45,086 bases of DNA from positions 1 to 45,086 of the forward strand of contig URQK01000002.1 in assembly GCA_900549975.1 (NCBI GenBank). The letters run 5' to 3'. The notes beneath the pieces were generated by a model. It worked only from the letters and a program-made list of their open reading frames with translations, was not told the DNA's origin and ran no database searches. This document shows, piece after piece, positions 1 to 8,768 of the stretch; position 1 is the stretch's first letter, and each line of letters opens with the position of its first letter. The DNA is from an uncultured Mollicutes bacterium (GTDB lineage Bacteria > Bacillota_I > Bacilli_A > RFN20 > CAG-826). The position numbers were made by a program, and so were the translations under genes.

Positions 1-338
1 CGGATTTATATTGTTTATTTGGAAACGCTATTGATAACGCTGTTGAAGCAGTTATGAAAATACAAGATAGTAATAAAAGACAAATTAATTTAATTGTGCG
101 TAATGTTTATTCTTTAGTATCAATAAATATTGAGAATTATTATACAGGTGAATTAATTATTGGTAAAGATAACCTACCGATAACCACAAAAAGTAATAAA
201 GATTATCATGGCTTTGGTATGAAATCAATCAAAATGATTGTGGATAAATATCACGGTGATTTAAAAATTACTAAACGTGAAGATATATTCTCTTTAGCTA
301 TTCTTTTCCCTAGCCAAGAGAAAGTGGATAATCCTTAA
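1..338 (+). CDS. sensor histidine kinase, C-terminal GHKL ATPase domain (AgrC/ComD-like), 5'-truncated by window edge
   Basis: Frame is open from nt 3: DLYCLFGNAIDNAVEAV (N-box) and DYHGFGMKSIKMIVDKYHGDL (G-box) as in AgrC-type kinases; stop at 336-338. Confidence 0.8.
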   Translation, partial: DLYCLFGNAIDNAVEAVMKIQDSNKRQINLIVRNVYSLVSINIENYYTGELIIGKDNLPITTKSNKDYHGFGMKSIKMIVDKYHGDLKITKREDIFSLAILFPSQEKVDNP

Positions 339-437
339 TAAACAAAATAAGTGGAAATTTTAACATAATCAGTGAGTGTTATTCCTATTTTAACCGCTTT
401 CATTTATTGTATCAGTGTATGAAAGGAATTTTTTGCT

Positions 438-2816
438 ATGAAAAGAAAATTACTAAAAAATTTGTTAATTAGCTTGATTGTGCCTTTAGCTATCGGATTA
501 AGTAGTTGTGATAATAAAAATCCTAGTCAAGGAAACAATTCAGGCACTTCAACTAAACCTAGTGTTCCAATTGATATTGATGATTATCAAGTTACATCTT
601 TATCAATCGTTAATAATCCAACTAAGTTAGAATATGATGTTGGAGAAACTTTTGATTACACTGGTTTAAGACTAAAAGCTATTTGGAATGATGGTGAAGA
701 GGAAGAATTCGGAGGATATCGTCTTGATTCAATTGAGCCTTCAGGCCCATTAAAAGCTACAGATAAAAAGGTTACGCTTACTTATTACAATGCATCCGTA
801 GACCTAGACATTACCGTTAATTCTAATGCTATTACTAGTTTATATGTCGATACTTCAGGTATTAAGACTTCGGTAGTGGTTAATGAGATTGTAGATTTAT
901 CTTTAATCAAAGTAACCGCTAATTACGGAGATAGTACAAGTAGAGAAGTTACTTCATTTGAACTATATGAAAATGATAATCTTATTGAAAATCCTAATCG
1001 TTATGTAGTAAGCAAAGGCGAACATAATATCGTTATAAAATATTTAGATGCTCAAACTTCATTTAAAATTGAAGGATATGAAGGCATTTCGGTAGTCTTT
1101 GATCAATATAGTAAAAACGATACGGCTAAGGAAGCCACTAGTGAATTACCATTCTTTGTGGAGCCTGCCAATAAAGTAAAATCTTATAAGCCATCAAATT
1201 GGAATGAAGAAGTTACAATCAATTCTTATACATTATCAACTTCCCAAGGCATAGATTCTATTAAAGCTTTAGCAAAAGTAAGAATACATATCTATTCTGA
1301 AAAAGATTCATATGCTAGCATTTCTCTTAACGCTGGTGGATATAACATTACACGTCCAGATAAAGGTTGGACATCAGATATGTATTTGAATAAAGCAACA
1401 TCAGTCACAGTTAATGGACAAAATGTTGAAGTAAAAGAAGGTTTATTACCAGCTAATTATAAAAATGGTGAAATGTTATCTCGTAACTGGACTCCTTATT
1501 TTGTGGATGTTGATTTTATTGACACATGGTTAAAGAAAGGTGACAACATTATCGAAATCGATGTTAATGAGTTTTATCATATACTTGATCCTTTCCAAAA
1601 CCAAAGATATGGAGAAGTTTATTTTGCAATTAAATCTTTAACTGCTAAATATATTGAAGGCCAAAAGAAAGTTACAAAAATAGAAGTTGCAAAGCAACCC
1701 GATAAAACGACTTATGCAATTGGTGAAACTTTTGATAACAAAGGTATGGAAGTGAAAGCTTATTATGATGATTTAAGTAGTGAAATTATCACAAATTATA
1801 CTTATTCTCATGATGCTTTAAAAGCTACTGATAAAGAAGTTGTTATCTCATATATGGGAGTATCAACAACAATTAGCATCACGGTATCACATGCTCATAA
1901 TTGGATTGAAAGTTATCTAAGTGATAAGGATAATCACTGGCATGAATGTAGTTTATGCGGTGAAAAGAAAGATATTAGCGAACACACTTTTACTTCACTT
2001 ATAATTAAAAATAAACCAACACAACTTGATTATAATTCCGGTGACACTTTATCTTTAGATGGAATTAACGTTATGGCTAATTGTAACGTATGTAATGAAG
2101 TTGATGTTTCAAATTATATAACTACAATAACTACGACATTAGAATTATCTTCTCCTTCGTTAACATTAGAAACTAAAACAATAACTATTACATTCAAAGG
2201 CTTAAGCGCCACATTTGATGTAACAATTCATAAATCTTATTCAGTTGCAGGCAAAAATAGACAAGATCCAACTAATACAACGGAAAAATATTATGTTGAA
2301 AAAGCAAAAATGATGGAAAATGGAAAATGGGAATTCCAAGGAGGTTCGGATATTGCAAATGTTGAAGTTGGAGCAACAATTGCTTTCCATATTTACTCAG
2401 AAATTAATGGCAAAGTGAACTTGTCTTTATTAGCGGGTTCATTATATTGTAATGGCAATAATAAAAATGCGGAAGGATTTTATTTAGAAACTATGGATAT
2501 GGATGTTGATAAATTATTAGCTATTAAAGTTAAAAATGGATCAAATAATTTTAAAGAAGTAGCGTCTAATACAAATGCAAAAATTAATGGACATAAGTTA
2601 CCAGATAATTATATAGAATTAGGTATATCAAGTACTGTTTGGGCAATGAACCAATATTCTTGGTCAACAATTGCTAGCAATATTGACTTAACCATTGGTG
2701 ATAATGTCATTGAATTTACAATTTTAAATGCCAAGACAACTGGTAACTACACTAATGCATGGGGTGGAGTTGCGACATTAAATATTAGAACATTAACAGT
2801 TTCTTTTATGAATTAA
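438..2816 (+). CDS. surface lipoprotein with repeated bacterial Ig-like (group-3 type) modules and two beta-sandwich (CBM-like) modules
   Basis: Signal peptide plus lipobox LAIGLSS|C. Recurrent Ig-like motif: LEYDVGETFDYTGLRLKAIWNDG, TTYAIGETFDNKGMEVKAYYDD, QLDYNSGDTLSLDGINVMAN. Two ~190-aa segments share IHIYSEKDSYASISLNAGG / IAFHIYSEINGKVNLSLLAGS. Function inferred from motifs only. Confidence 0.75.
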   Translation: MKRKLLKNLLISLIVPLAIGLSSCDNKNPSQGNNSGTSTKPSVPIDIDDYQVTSLSIVNNPTKLEYDVGETFDYTGLRLKAIWNDGEEEEFGGYRLDSIEPSGPLKATDKKVTLTYYNASVDLDITVNSNAITSLYVDTSGIKTSVVVNEIVDLSLIKVTANYGDSTSREVTSFELYENDNLIENPNRYVVSKGEHNIVIKYLDAQTSFKIEGYEGISVVFDQYSKNDTAKEATSELPFFVEPANKVKSYKPSNWNEEVTINSYTLSTSQGIDSIKALAKVRIHIYSEKDSYASISLNAGGYNITRPDKGWTSDMYLNKATSVTVNGQNVEVKEGLLPANYKNGEMLSRNWTPYFVDVDFIDTWLKKGDNIIEIDVNEFYHILDPFQNQRYGEVYFAIKSLTAKYIEGQKKVTKIEVAKQPDKTTYAIGETFDNKGMEVKAYYDDLSSEIITNYTYSHDALKATDKEVVISYMGVSTTISITVSHAHNWIESYLSDKDNHWHECSLCGEKKDISEHTFTSLIIKNKPTQLDYNSGDTLSLDGINVMANCNVCNEVDVSNYITTITTTLELSSPSLTLETKTITITFKGLSATFDVTIHKSYSVAGKNRQDPTNTTEKYYVEKAKMMENGKWEFQGGSDIANVEVGATIAFHIYSEINGKVNLSLLAGSLYCNGNNKNAEGFYLETMDMDVDKLLAIKVKNGSNNFKEVASNTNAKINGHKLPDNYIELGISSTVWAMNQYSWSTIASNIDLTIGDNVIEFTILNAKTTGNYTNAWGGVATLNIRTLTVSFMN

Positions 2817-2826
2817 GAGGTACATT

Positions 2827-5800
2827 ATGAAAAAGAATTTGAAAAATATAATCGGATTAAGTATTACTTCGATTTTTCTTGCTGCATTAATTGTTGGGAA
2901 CTATTTTTGCTCAAGATATAATGAAGTAATTACTACAATGCTATGTGGATCAGGAACAGATTTCTCAGGTGAAGATACAAAATTAACACTGGAAAACAAT
3001 GATCAAGCTGTACAAAAAATTGCAGAAGAAGGCATGGTTTTATTAAAAAACAAATGCCTTCCATTAGATAAATCAGTAACAAAAATTAACTTATTTGGTT
3101 GGTCAAGTATTGATAGTGCTTTCTTCTTATCAGGCGGAGGTAGCTCCAGTGCAACAATTAATGAAGAAAAGAAAATTACTTTAAAAAGTGCTTTTGAAAA
3201 AGAAGGATTTGAAGTAAATACTGAATTATTAGAAGCATATAAAACTTATAAAAGTGGAAGATGGAATAGTTCAACAACTTTAAGTGATCCAGATACTGAT
3301 TTTTATAATAAATCAGGCACAAATGGAAATACTTTATTAGCAAATGCTAAAGATTTTTCTAATACTGCTGTTGTTACAATTTCTCGTTTTGGAAGTGAGG
3401 GAATTGATATTCCTTTTACTCAAACAAAACATCCAAGCGGAAAAGATAATGATCGTCACTATTTGGAACTATCAACTGAAGAAGAAGCATTAATAAATTT
3501 AGTTACCGATAATTTCCAAAATGTAATTATTTTAATTAATGCTGGTAATCAAATGGAACTAGGATTCCTTAACAATGAAAAAATTGATGCAGCATTATTA
3601 GTAAATTATCCCGGTCAATCAGGAACACTTGCTATCCCACGAATTTTAAAAGGACAAGTAAATCCAAGCGCTAAACTTACTGATACATATCCATATGATT
3701 TAACTATGGATCCATCTTACGTTAATGCATTAAGAAATGGTGATCATATTCATTATGTTGAAGATATTTATGTGGGATATAAATGGTATGAAACCGCGGA
3801 TAAAGAAAACTATTTTCAAGATACTTTATCAAAAAATTATAATGAGATTGTCCAATTCCCATTTGGCTATGGATTAAGTTATTCTTCATTTAGTCAAGAA
3901 ATTGTTAATTATAAGTTGTCTACATCTGGAACAGGATTACAACGAGCAACACAAATTGAAGTTGATGTTAAAGTTACTAATACTTCGAAAGTGGAAGGAA
4001 AAGATGTAATTCAATTATACTATACTGCTCCTTATACTAAAGGCGGAATTGAAAAATCCGCAGTGAATTTAGCCGCCTTCCGTAAAACTGATGCACTAAA
4101 AGAAAATGAATCAAAAACATATAAATTAACATTTTCTGCATATGATATGGCAAGTTATGATGCCTATGATAAAAATAAAAATGGCTTTGCAGGTTATGAA
4201 CTTGAAACTGGTGAATATCAAATTCAATTAATGAAAAATTCCCATAGTCTTGTGGAAGGTAATAAAAACACTATCAAATTGCAATGTGATAAGACCATTA
4301 TTTATAATCGTGATCCTCAAACAGGAGCGATTGTAAGTAATAGATATGGTGAATTTGATGAATCAGGAAAATACATTAACGATTCAGCCTACGCTAATTG
4401 TCCAATTGATGGAAGTAATGCGGGTGAAAAAATACCTTATTTATCGCGTAATGATTTTGCTAGCACTTTCCCACTTACAAAAGAAAAAAATCGTGATATT
4501 AAATCGATTTTAGATTATGCCAATAATTATGTAGAGTATTTGGCTTATGAAGGTCAAGAAAAGCCTGTTCAAGGAAAAACAGGTGATGTGCCTTTATTAT
4601 TAGTTACTAAAGAAGATGGTTCAAAAGCTTCACTTAGTGATTTAGAAAGTAAAAAGAATCTTGTTTGGAATAAAGACTTAGTTTCTAAACTTGGCGCGGA
4701 TTATAATGCCCCAGAATGGGAAACATTGTTAGATCAATTGACAACAGAAGAATTACAAAACTTTGTTGAGTCTAGCGGCTATGGAAATGATGCTGCGGCA
4801 AGTGTTGGTAAAATTTCGATGTTTGATTATGATGGCCCTGCTGGATTTAATATTTCTGTTAATAGTCCATTAGGCGATAAAAAATCAAAATGGACAGGAT
4901 TTGGAAATGAAACATTACTAGGCCAAACTTGGTCAACACAAATGGCGGAAGCAATGGGCGAATGTTTTGGTAATGAAGGTTATGAAACAGGTATTAATGG
5001 TATTTACGCCCCGGGAGTTAACTTACATCGTTCAGCGTTTAATGGAAGAAACTTTGAATATTATAGTGAAGATAGTGTCTTATCTGGTTATTTAGCATCT
5101 CGAGTTATTAAAGGCGCTAAAGAAAATGGTGTTTATTGTTTCTTAAAACACTTTGTTGTAAGTGAAATGGGACCTAATCCAAGAAAACTTAATGTGTGGT
5201 TAACCGAACAAAATTTACGTGAAAATTATTTAAGGCCATTCGAAATAGCAGTTAAAAATGGCGCAACGGCAATGATGACTGCATTTAATCGTTTAGGAGC
5301 GACTTGGACAGGTGGAAACTATCAATTAATTCAAGGAATTTTAAGAAAAGAATGGAAATTTAAAGGTGTGGTTATTACTGACTGGTGTCAAGGCGACTGG
5401 GATATGCCAGTTAACCAAGGACTTCATGCTGGTAATGATATTTGGTTAAATCCTGCTAATCGTTGTAATAATGGTATCAATACTAAATTAGATTCATCTT
5501 GGGTTTGTGCAAGAAGATCAGCTCATAATCTTTTATACACAATTTGTAATACTTATTTCACTACTTGGAATCAAGGAAAAGATATTGGTATTAAAGAATC
5601 TAAAGGCGTATTTAGATGGTGGATTCCAGCATTAGTAGGTATAAATATGATTGTTGTTGGTTTAGAAATTTATTTTATCTATGCTCTTATTAGAAAAAGA
5701 AAATATTTAACCAACGAAAATGTAGTATTAATGGATTATTCGACAGAAATTTCTTCAATAAATAATAAAATAAATGTTTTACAAAAAGCGTTAAATGATT

Positions 5801-6354
5801 ATAAAGATGAATTAAAAACTCTTAAAAAACGTAGTTTAAAAGAAAATAGAGATTTTAAAGAAGACTTTGATAATCTAGAAAATAAAATTACTATCATTAA
5901 CAACGTTTTATCCAATAAAGAAATTGATGAAGAAGAAGTGTTAGAAAGTGATGATGAAACTGAAACAGTATTTATTCGTAAACCATTTAGTGAAAAAATA
6001 GAAGCAGCGAATGAAGAAATAAAAGGTTATTATAACGAGATAAAAAATCATTTATTAAGCTATGGATTAACTAGTCGTATATCTATGGCTGGTGAAGTAT
6101 TCAAGTATGAAAAAGAGGAATTAGCTAAGATAACACTTGTTGGTAAAACATTAAAATTACATCTTGCTCTTGAACCAAATGATTATCAAGGAGCAACAAT
6201 TCCGGTTAAGGATGAGAAAAATAAAAAAGTATATGAAAAAACACCAACAATGATAAAAGTTAAATCTCCTTTAGCGTTAAAACGTGCTTTAATGCTTATT
6301 AATGATTTAATGCAATCTAAACAGATTAAACAAAACAATTTAAGAAAGGACTAA
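2827..6354 (+). CDS. membrane-anchored glycoside hydrolase family 3 with permuted domain order, second TM helix and cytoplasmic coiled-coil tail
   Basis: RBS AAGAGGT. N-terminal TM anchor IIGLSITSIFLAALIVGNYF. GH3 sandwich-domain motif FPFGYGLSY (3856-3882) and Fn3-like IEVDVKVTNTSKVEGKDVIQLYY come before the barrel-domain motifs YSEDSVLSG, LKHFVV and KGVVITDW (Asp codon 5380-5382). Second TM WWIPALVGINMIVVGLEIYFIYALI followed by RKRK (about 5617-5703), then a K/E/N-rich heptad-like stretch and a ~110-aa terminal domain. Confidence 0.85.
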   Translation: MKKNLKNIIGLSITSIFLAALIVGNYFCSRYNEVITTMLCGSGTDFSGEDTKLTLENNDQAVQKIAEEGMVLLKNKCLPLDKSVTKINLFGWSSIDSAFFLSGGGSSSATINEEKKITLKSAFEKEGFEVNTELLEAYKTYKSGRWNSSTTLSDPDTDFYNKSGTNGNTLLANAKDFSNTAVVTISRFGSEGIDIPFTQTKHPSGKDNDRHYLELSTEEEALINLVTDNFQNVIILINAGNQMELGFLNNEKIDAALLVNYPGQSGTLAIPRILKGQVNPSAKLTDTYPYDLTMDPSYVNALRNGDHIHYVEDIYVGYKWYETADKENYFQDTLSKNYNEIVQFPFGYGLSYSSFSQEIVNYKLSTSGTGLQRATQIEVDVKVTNTSKVEGKDVIQLYYTAPYTKGGIEKSAVNLAAFRKTDALKENESKTYKLTFSAYDMASYDAYDKNKNGFAGYELETGEYQIQLMKNSHSLVEGNKNTIKLQCDKTIIYNRDPQTGAIVSNRYGEFDESGKYINDSAYANCPIDGSNAGEKIPYLSRNDFASTFPLTKEKNRDIKSILDYANNYVEYLAYEGQEKPVQGKTGDVPLLLVTKEDGSKASLSDLESKKNLVWNKDLVSKLGADYNAPEWETLLDQLTTEELQNFVESSGYGNDAAASVGKISMFDYDGPAGFNISVNSPLGDKKSKWTGFGNETLLGQTWSTQMAEAMGECFGNEGYETGINGIYAPGVNLHRSAFNGRNFEYYSEDSVLSGYLASRVIKGAKENGVYCFLKHFVVSEMGPNPRKLNVWLTEQNLRENYLRPFEIAVKNGATAMMTAFNRLGATWTGGNYQLIQGILRKEWKFKGVVITDWCQGDWDMPVNQGLHAGNDIWLNPANRCNNGINTKLDSSWVCARRSAHNLLYTICNTYFTTWNQGKDIGIKESKGVFRWWIPALVGINMIVVGLEIYFIYALIRKRKYLTNENVVLMDYSTEISSINNKINVLQKALNDYKDELKTLKKRSLKENRDFKEDFDNLENKITIINNVLSNKEIDEEEVLESDDETETVFIRKPFSEKIEAANEEIKGYYNEIKNHLLSYGLTSRISMAGEVFKYEKEELAKITLVGKTLKLHLALEPNDYQGATIPVKDEKNKKVYEKTPTMIKVKSPLALKRALMLINDLMQSKQIKQNNLRKD

Positions 6355-6360
6355 TTAACT

Positions 6361-6495
6361 ATGGAAAAGAAAGAATATAAAAAGCCAAATGTTAGATTAG
6401 AAGATGTTGTTTTAGAAGATATAGTTTTAACTTCAAATATAGAAAGAATTGATGGTAATAATGAACTTGCCGGAAATTACGATGAGGAATTATAA
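6361..6495 (+). CDS. hypothetical small acidic protein (44 aa), absent from the ORF track
   Basis: ATG 6361 lies 7 nt after the GH3 stop, with AAAGGA about 10 nt upstream. TAA 6493-6495 lies 1 nt before the ATG of the next gene. Product: MEKKEYKKPNVRLEDVVLEDIVLTSNIERIDGNNELAGNYDEEL. The open frame fills the whole intergenic gap in an AT-rich genome where random frames close quickly. Confidence 0.45.
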   Translation: MEKKEYKKPNVRLEDVVLEDIVLTSNIERIDGNNELAGNYDEEL

Positions 6496-6496
6496 T

Positions 6497-8686
6497 ATGA
6501 AAAAGAAAATTATTTTTCCAATTGTAAGTGTATTATCTCTTGCTTTTATAAGCGGCTTAGTCAATAAAACTAATACTCCTGATGATTCAACAAATGACTT
6601 TGTTGAATCAACAAAAGATTATTTAAATGAGCAAAATGGTATTGAACAAGTGAATGTAAAAGCTCTTAATTCAAATTCAGCATTGGATTGCTCTACTATG
6701 TATACTCAATATGCTTTTGATAAAAATGATGGATCTTATTATTTAAGATTTGCCACCGCAATTAAAGGCGATGTTACTTCACTTAACTATAAAAGAGTCG
6801 TAGCGGGAATTGGTGATAATATAATATCTTCTTATACCCTTTATAAGGGGATTTCTGCGAATGGAATAGTTAATTATTACGATGGAAGTGCGTTATCAAC
6901 AGATACTCAATTTGCGGGTAATTATTATTGGAGTTGTTATACTATTAAATTTGCAAAAAGTAGTATATATAAAGAAAAAGATATTACTATTGAGTTAACT
7001 GTTAATGGTGACAAAACTATTACACGAACCACTTCTTTAGATACTCTTTTAAATAAAGATCGTTATTTAGAATGTGAATTATTTAATGTCGAAGTTATCG
7101 ATAATAAAGTTTATTATGTAGTAACAGGAAGTTGCTTTGGTTATGAAGAGAGTGATATTTCTCATGATTTATATGGAAATGGTAAAGATTATGCTTTGGG
7201 TAACCAAACAGTAACAATTGATTATGCTAATAATACATTTAAAATTTTAACAGATGTAACTGAGATACCATTAGATCAATCATTCTTATTCCCACATATT
7301 TCTATTAAGGGCAAAAAGTCGGATATTAAAGATAGTGATCAATCTAGTAATGGAAAATCTGTCTCATTAGGAGATAAGACTTACGCTATTGTATGTACTA
7401 CAGGAGAAAACTCTACATGGAATATGCCAGTATTAAGTGTTACTAATGCGACAAAGTCATTTGAATTACAAAAAGTAGGACTAAAAAATGTTGATGATCG
7501 AGTATTATATTATGTCACTGGATACGCAACAGGATATAGTTATGATCAACTTCGCTTAGATATCATTGTTTCAGGAAGTGATTATGCTAAAAAAGGTAAA
7601 TACAAAGTAACAAAAGATAGTGAAACAAATATTTTTGAAGTTTCTATTGATGTGACAGATGTAGCGCTTATGTCTTTAGAATCTGAACAAGGTATGCCAC
7701 ATTTCTTTGTTAATGGTATAGGTTATAATGTTAATGGCAGCCATCCAGGAAATGGTGCTTCTGATTTACTTTATAAATCTGTTGATACTGATAATGCTAA
7801 TGTTATCCTTGGAACAACAAAATATTCAATTGTTAATAGATATAATATGGCTTCTTTAAAAGTTGAAAGATATTTAAATTTAGACATTGAAGGTGTTGGT
7901 GTTAAAGTTGAAGAAGTCGATGGTGTAAAACAAGTATTCTATTTTATTAGTGGTAAATCTTATGCGTACACCAAAGATGATACTTTCCCAGCATTTGATT
8001 TAAGAGCACAAGGTGCATCTAAAAATCTTGATGATGGCAAGCAAACAGTTTCTATTGATGAAAATAATCATACATTTGAAGTAAAAATTAATGTTACAAA
8101 TGCTGAAATATTAACTGGTAGTGGCGATGGTGGTAAGGTTTATTTCAATCACAAAGATAGTGATAATGTTTCATCTTCTATAAAAGTATTACAAAACAAT
8201 GCTGTATTAGAGAAAAAAGTCTACACAGTAGGTGTAGTTTGGGGGATTAGAACATTAGAAGTTAGTGATAAATTCTTAGAATATGCGCAAGGAAAAGTTG
8301 ATTTCGATCTTACTTTAGAAAATGATCACGTATATTATATTCTTAAATATAAAGGATTTGGATTTGAAACATCAACTGATGTTATTTATATTGATTTTGC
8401 TGATAAATCACGTCAATTAATAACAAAAGAAACTTATGATGCTAATTATGATTTATATACTATTAAGATTGATGTAACAGATCTAATTGAAGCAACATCT
8501 GAGGTTAAAGATTTCTTCTCTCATTTAAAAGTTAATGGAAGTAATTATGGTAATAACAACGGTGATGTAAAAGGTAATAATATGCAAGATAAAGTTATCG
8601 AGTTTAATGGTGTAAAATACACATTAAGATGTTTCGGCGATGCTCCATCTTGGAATATAGCTATTTTAAGAATTGTTAAAGCTTAA
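6497..8686 (+). CDS. secreted or N-terminally anchored repeat protein, unknown function
   Basis: Start moved from 6449 to in-frame ATG 6497 (MKKKIIFPIVSVLSLAFISGLV, signal-like, no lipobox Cys). Beta-rich, N/D/T/Y/G-rich composition. Four internal repeats (see repeat feature). Confidence 0.8.
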   Translation: MKKKIIFPIVSVLSLAFISGLVNKTNTPDDSTNDFVESTKDYLNEQNGIEQVNVKALNSNSALDCSTMYTQYAFDKNDGSYYLRFATAIKGDVTSLNYKRVVAGIGDNIISSYTLYKGISANGIVNYYDGSALSTDTQFAGNYYWSCYTIKFAKSSIYKEKDITIELTVNGDKTITRTTSLDTLLNKDRYLECELFNVEVIDNKVYYVVTGSCFGYEESDISHDLYGNGKDYALGNQTVTIDYANNTFKILTDVTEIPLDQSFLFPHISIKGKKSDIKDSDQSSNGKSVSLGDKTYAIVCTTGENSTWNMPVLSVTNATKSFELQKVGLKNVDDRVLYYVTGYATGYSYDQLRLDIIVSGSDYAKKGKYKVTKDSETNIFEVSIDVTDVALMSLESEQGMPHFFVNGIGYNVNGSHPGNGASDLLYKSVDTDNANVILGTTKYSIVNRYNMASLKVERYLNLDIEGVGVKVEEVDGVKQVFYFISGKSYAYTKDDTFPAFDLRAQGASKNLDDGKQTVSIDENNHTFEVKINVTNAEILTGSGDGGKVYFNHKDSDNVSSSIKVLQNNAVLEKKVYTVGVVWGIRTLEVSDKFLEYAQGKVDFDLTLENDHVYYILKYKGFGFETSTDVIYIDFADKSRQLITKETYDANYDLYTIKIDVTDLIEATSEVKDFFSHLKVNGSNYGNNNGDVKGNNMQDKVIEFNGVKYTLRCFGDAPSWNIAILRIVKA
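7058..8683 (+). repeat. four tandem divergent ~135-aa protein-level repeats inside the 6497-8686 CDS
   Basis: Each unit carries the same ordered motifs: VYYVVTGSCFGY..NTFKILTDVTEI; VLYYVTGYATGY..NIFEVSIDVTDV; VFYFISGKSYAY..HTFEVKINVTNA; VYYILKYKGFGF..DLYTIKIDVTDL. Units 1 and 4 end WNMPVLSV / WNIAILRI. Confidence 0.7.
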
Positions 8687-8701
8687 TAATTAAATTTCAC
8701 T

Positions 8702-8768
8702 AAGCACACGTTTAAAAATAGATTTTTGTTATGAGAAATAGAATCTAAAAGAGCGTGTGCTTTTTTTT
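8702..8768 (+). terminator. long bipartite hairpin plus T8, likely terminator of the surface locus
   Basis: AAGCACACG (8702-8710) pairs with CGTGTGCTT (8754-8762). An inner TAGATT/AATCTA helix sits within the 43-nt loop. T-run at 8761-8768. Confidence 0.55.
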
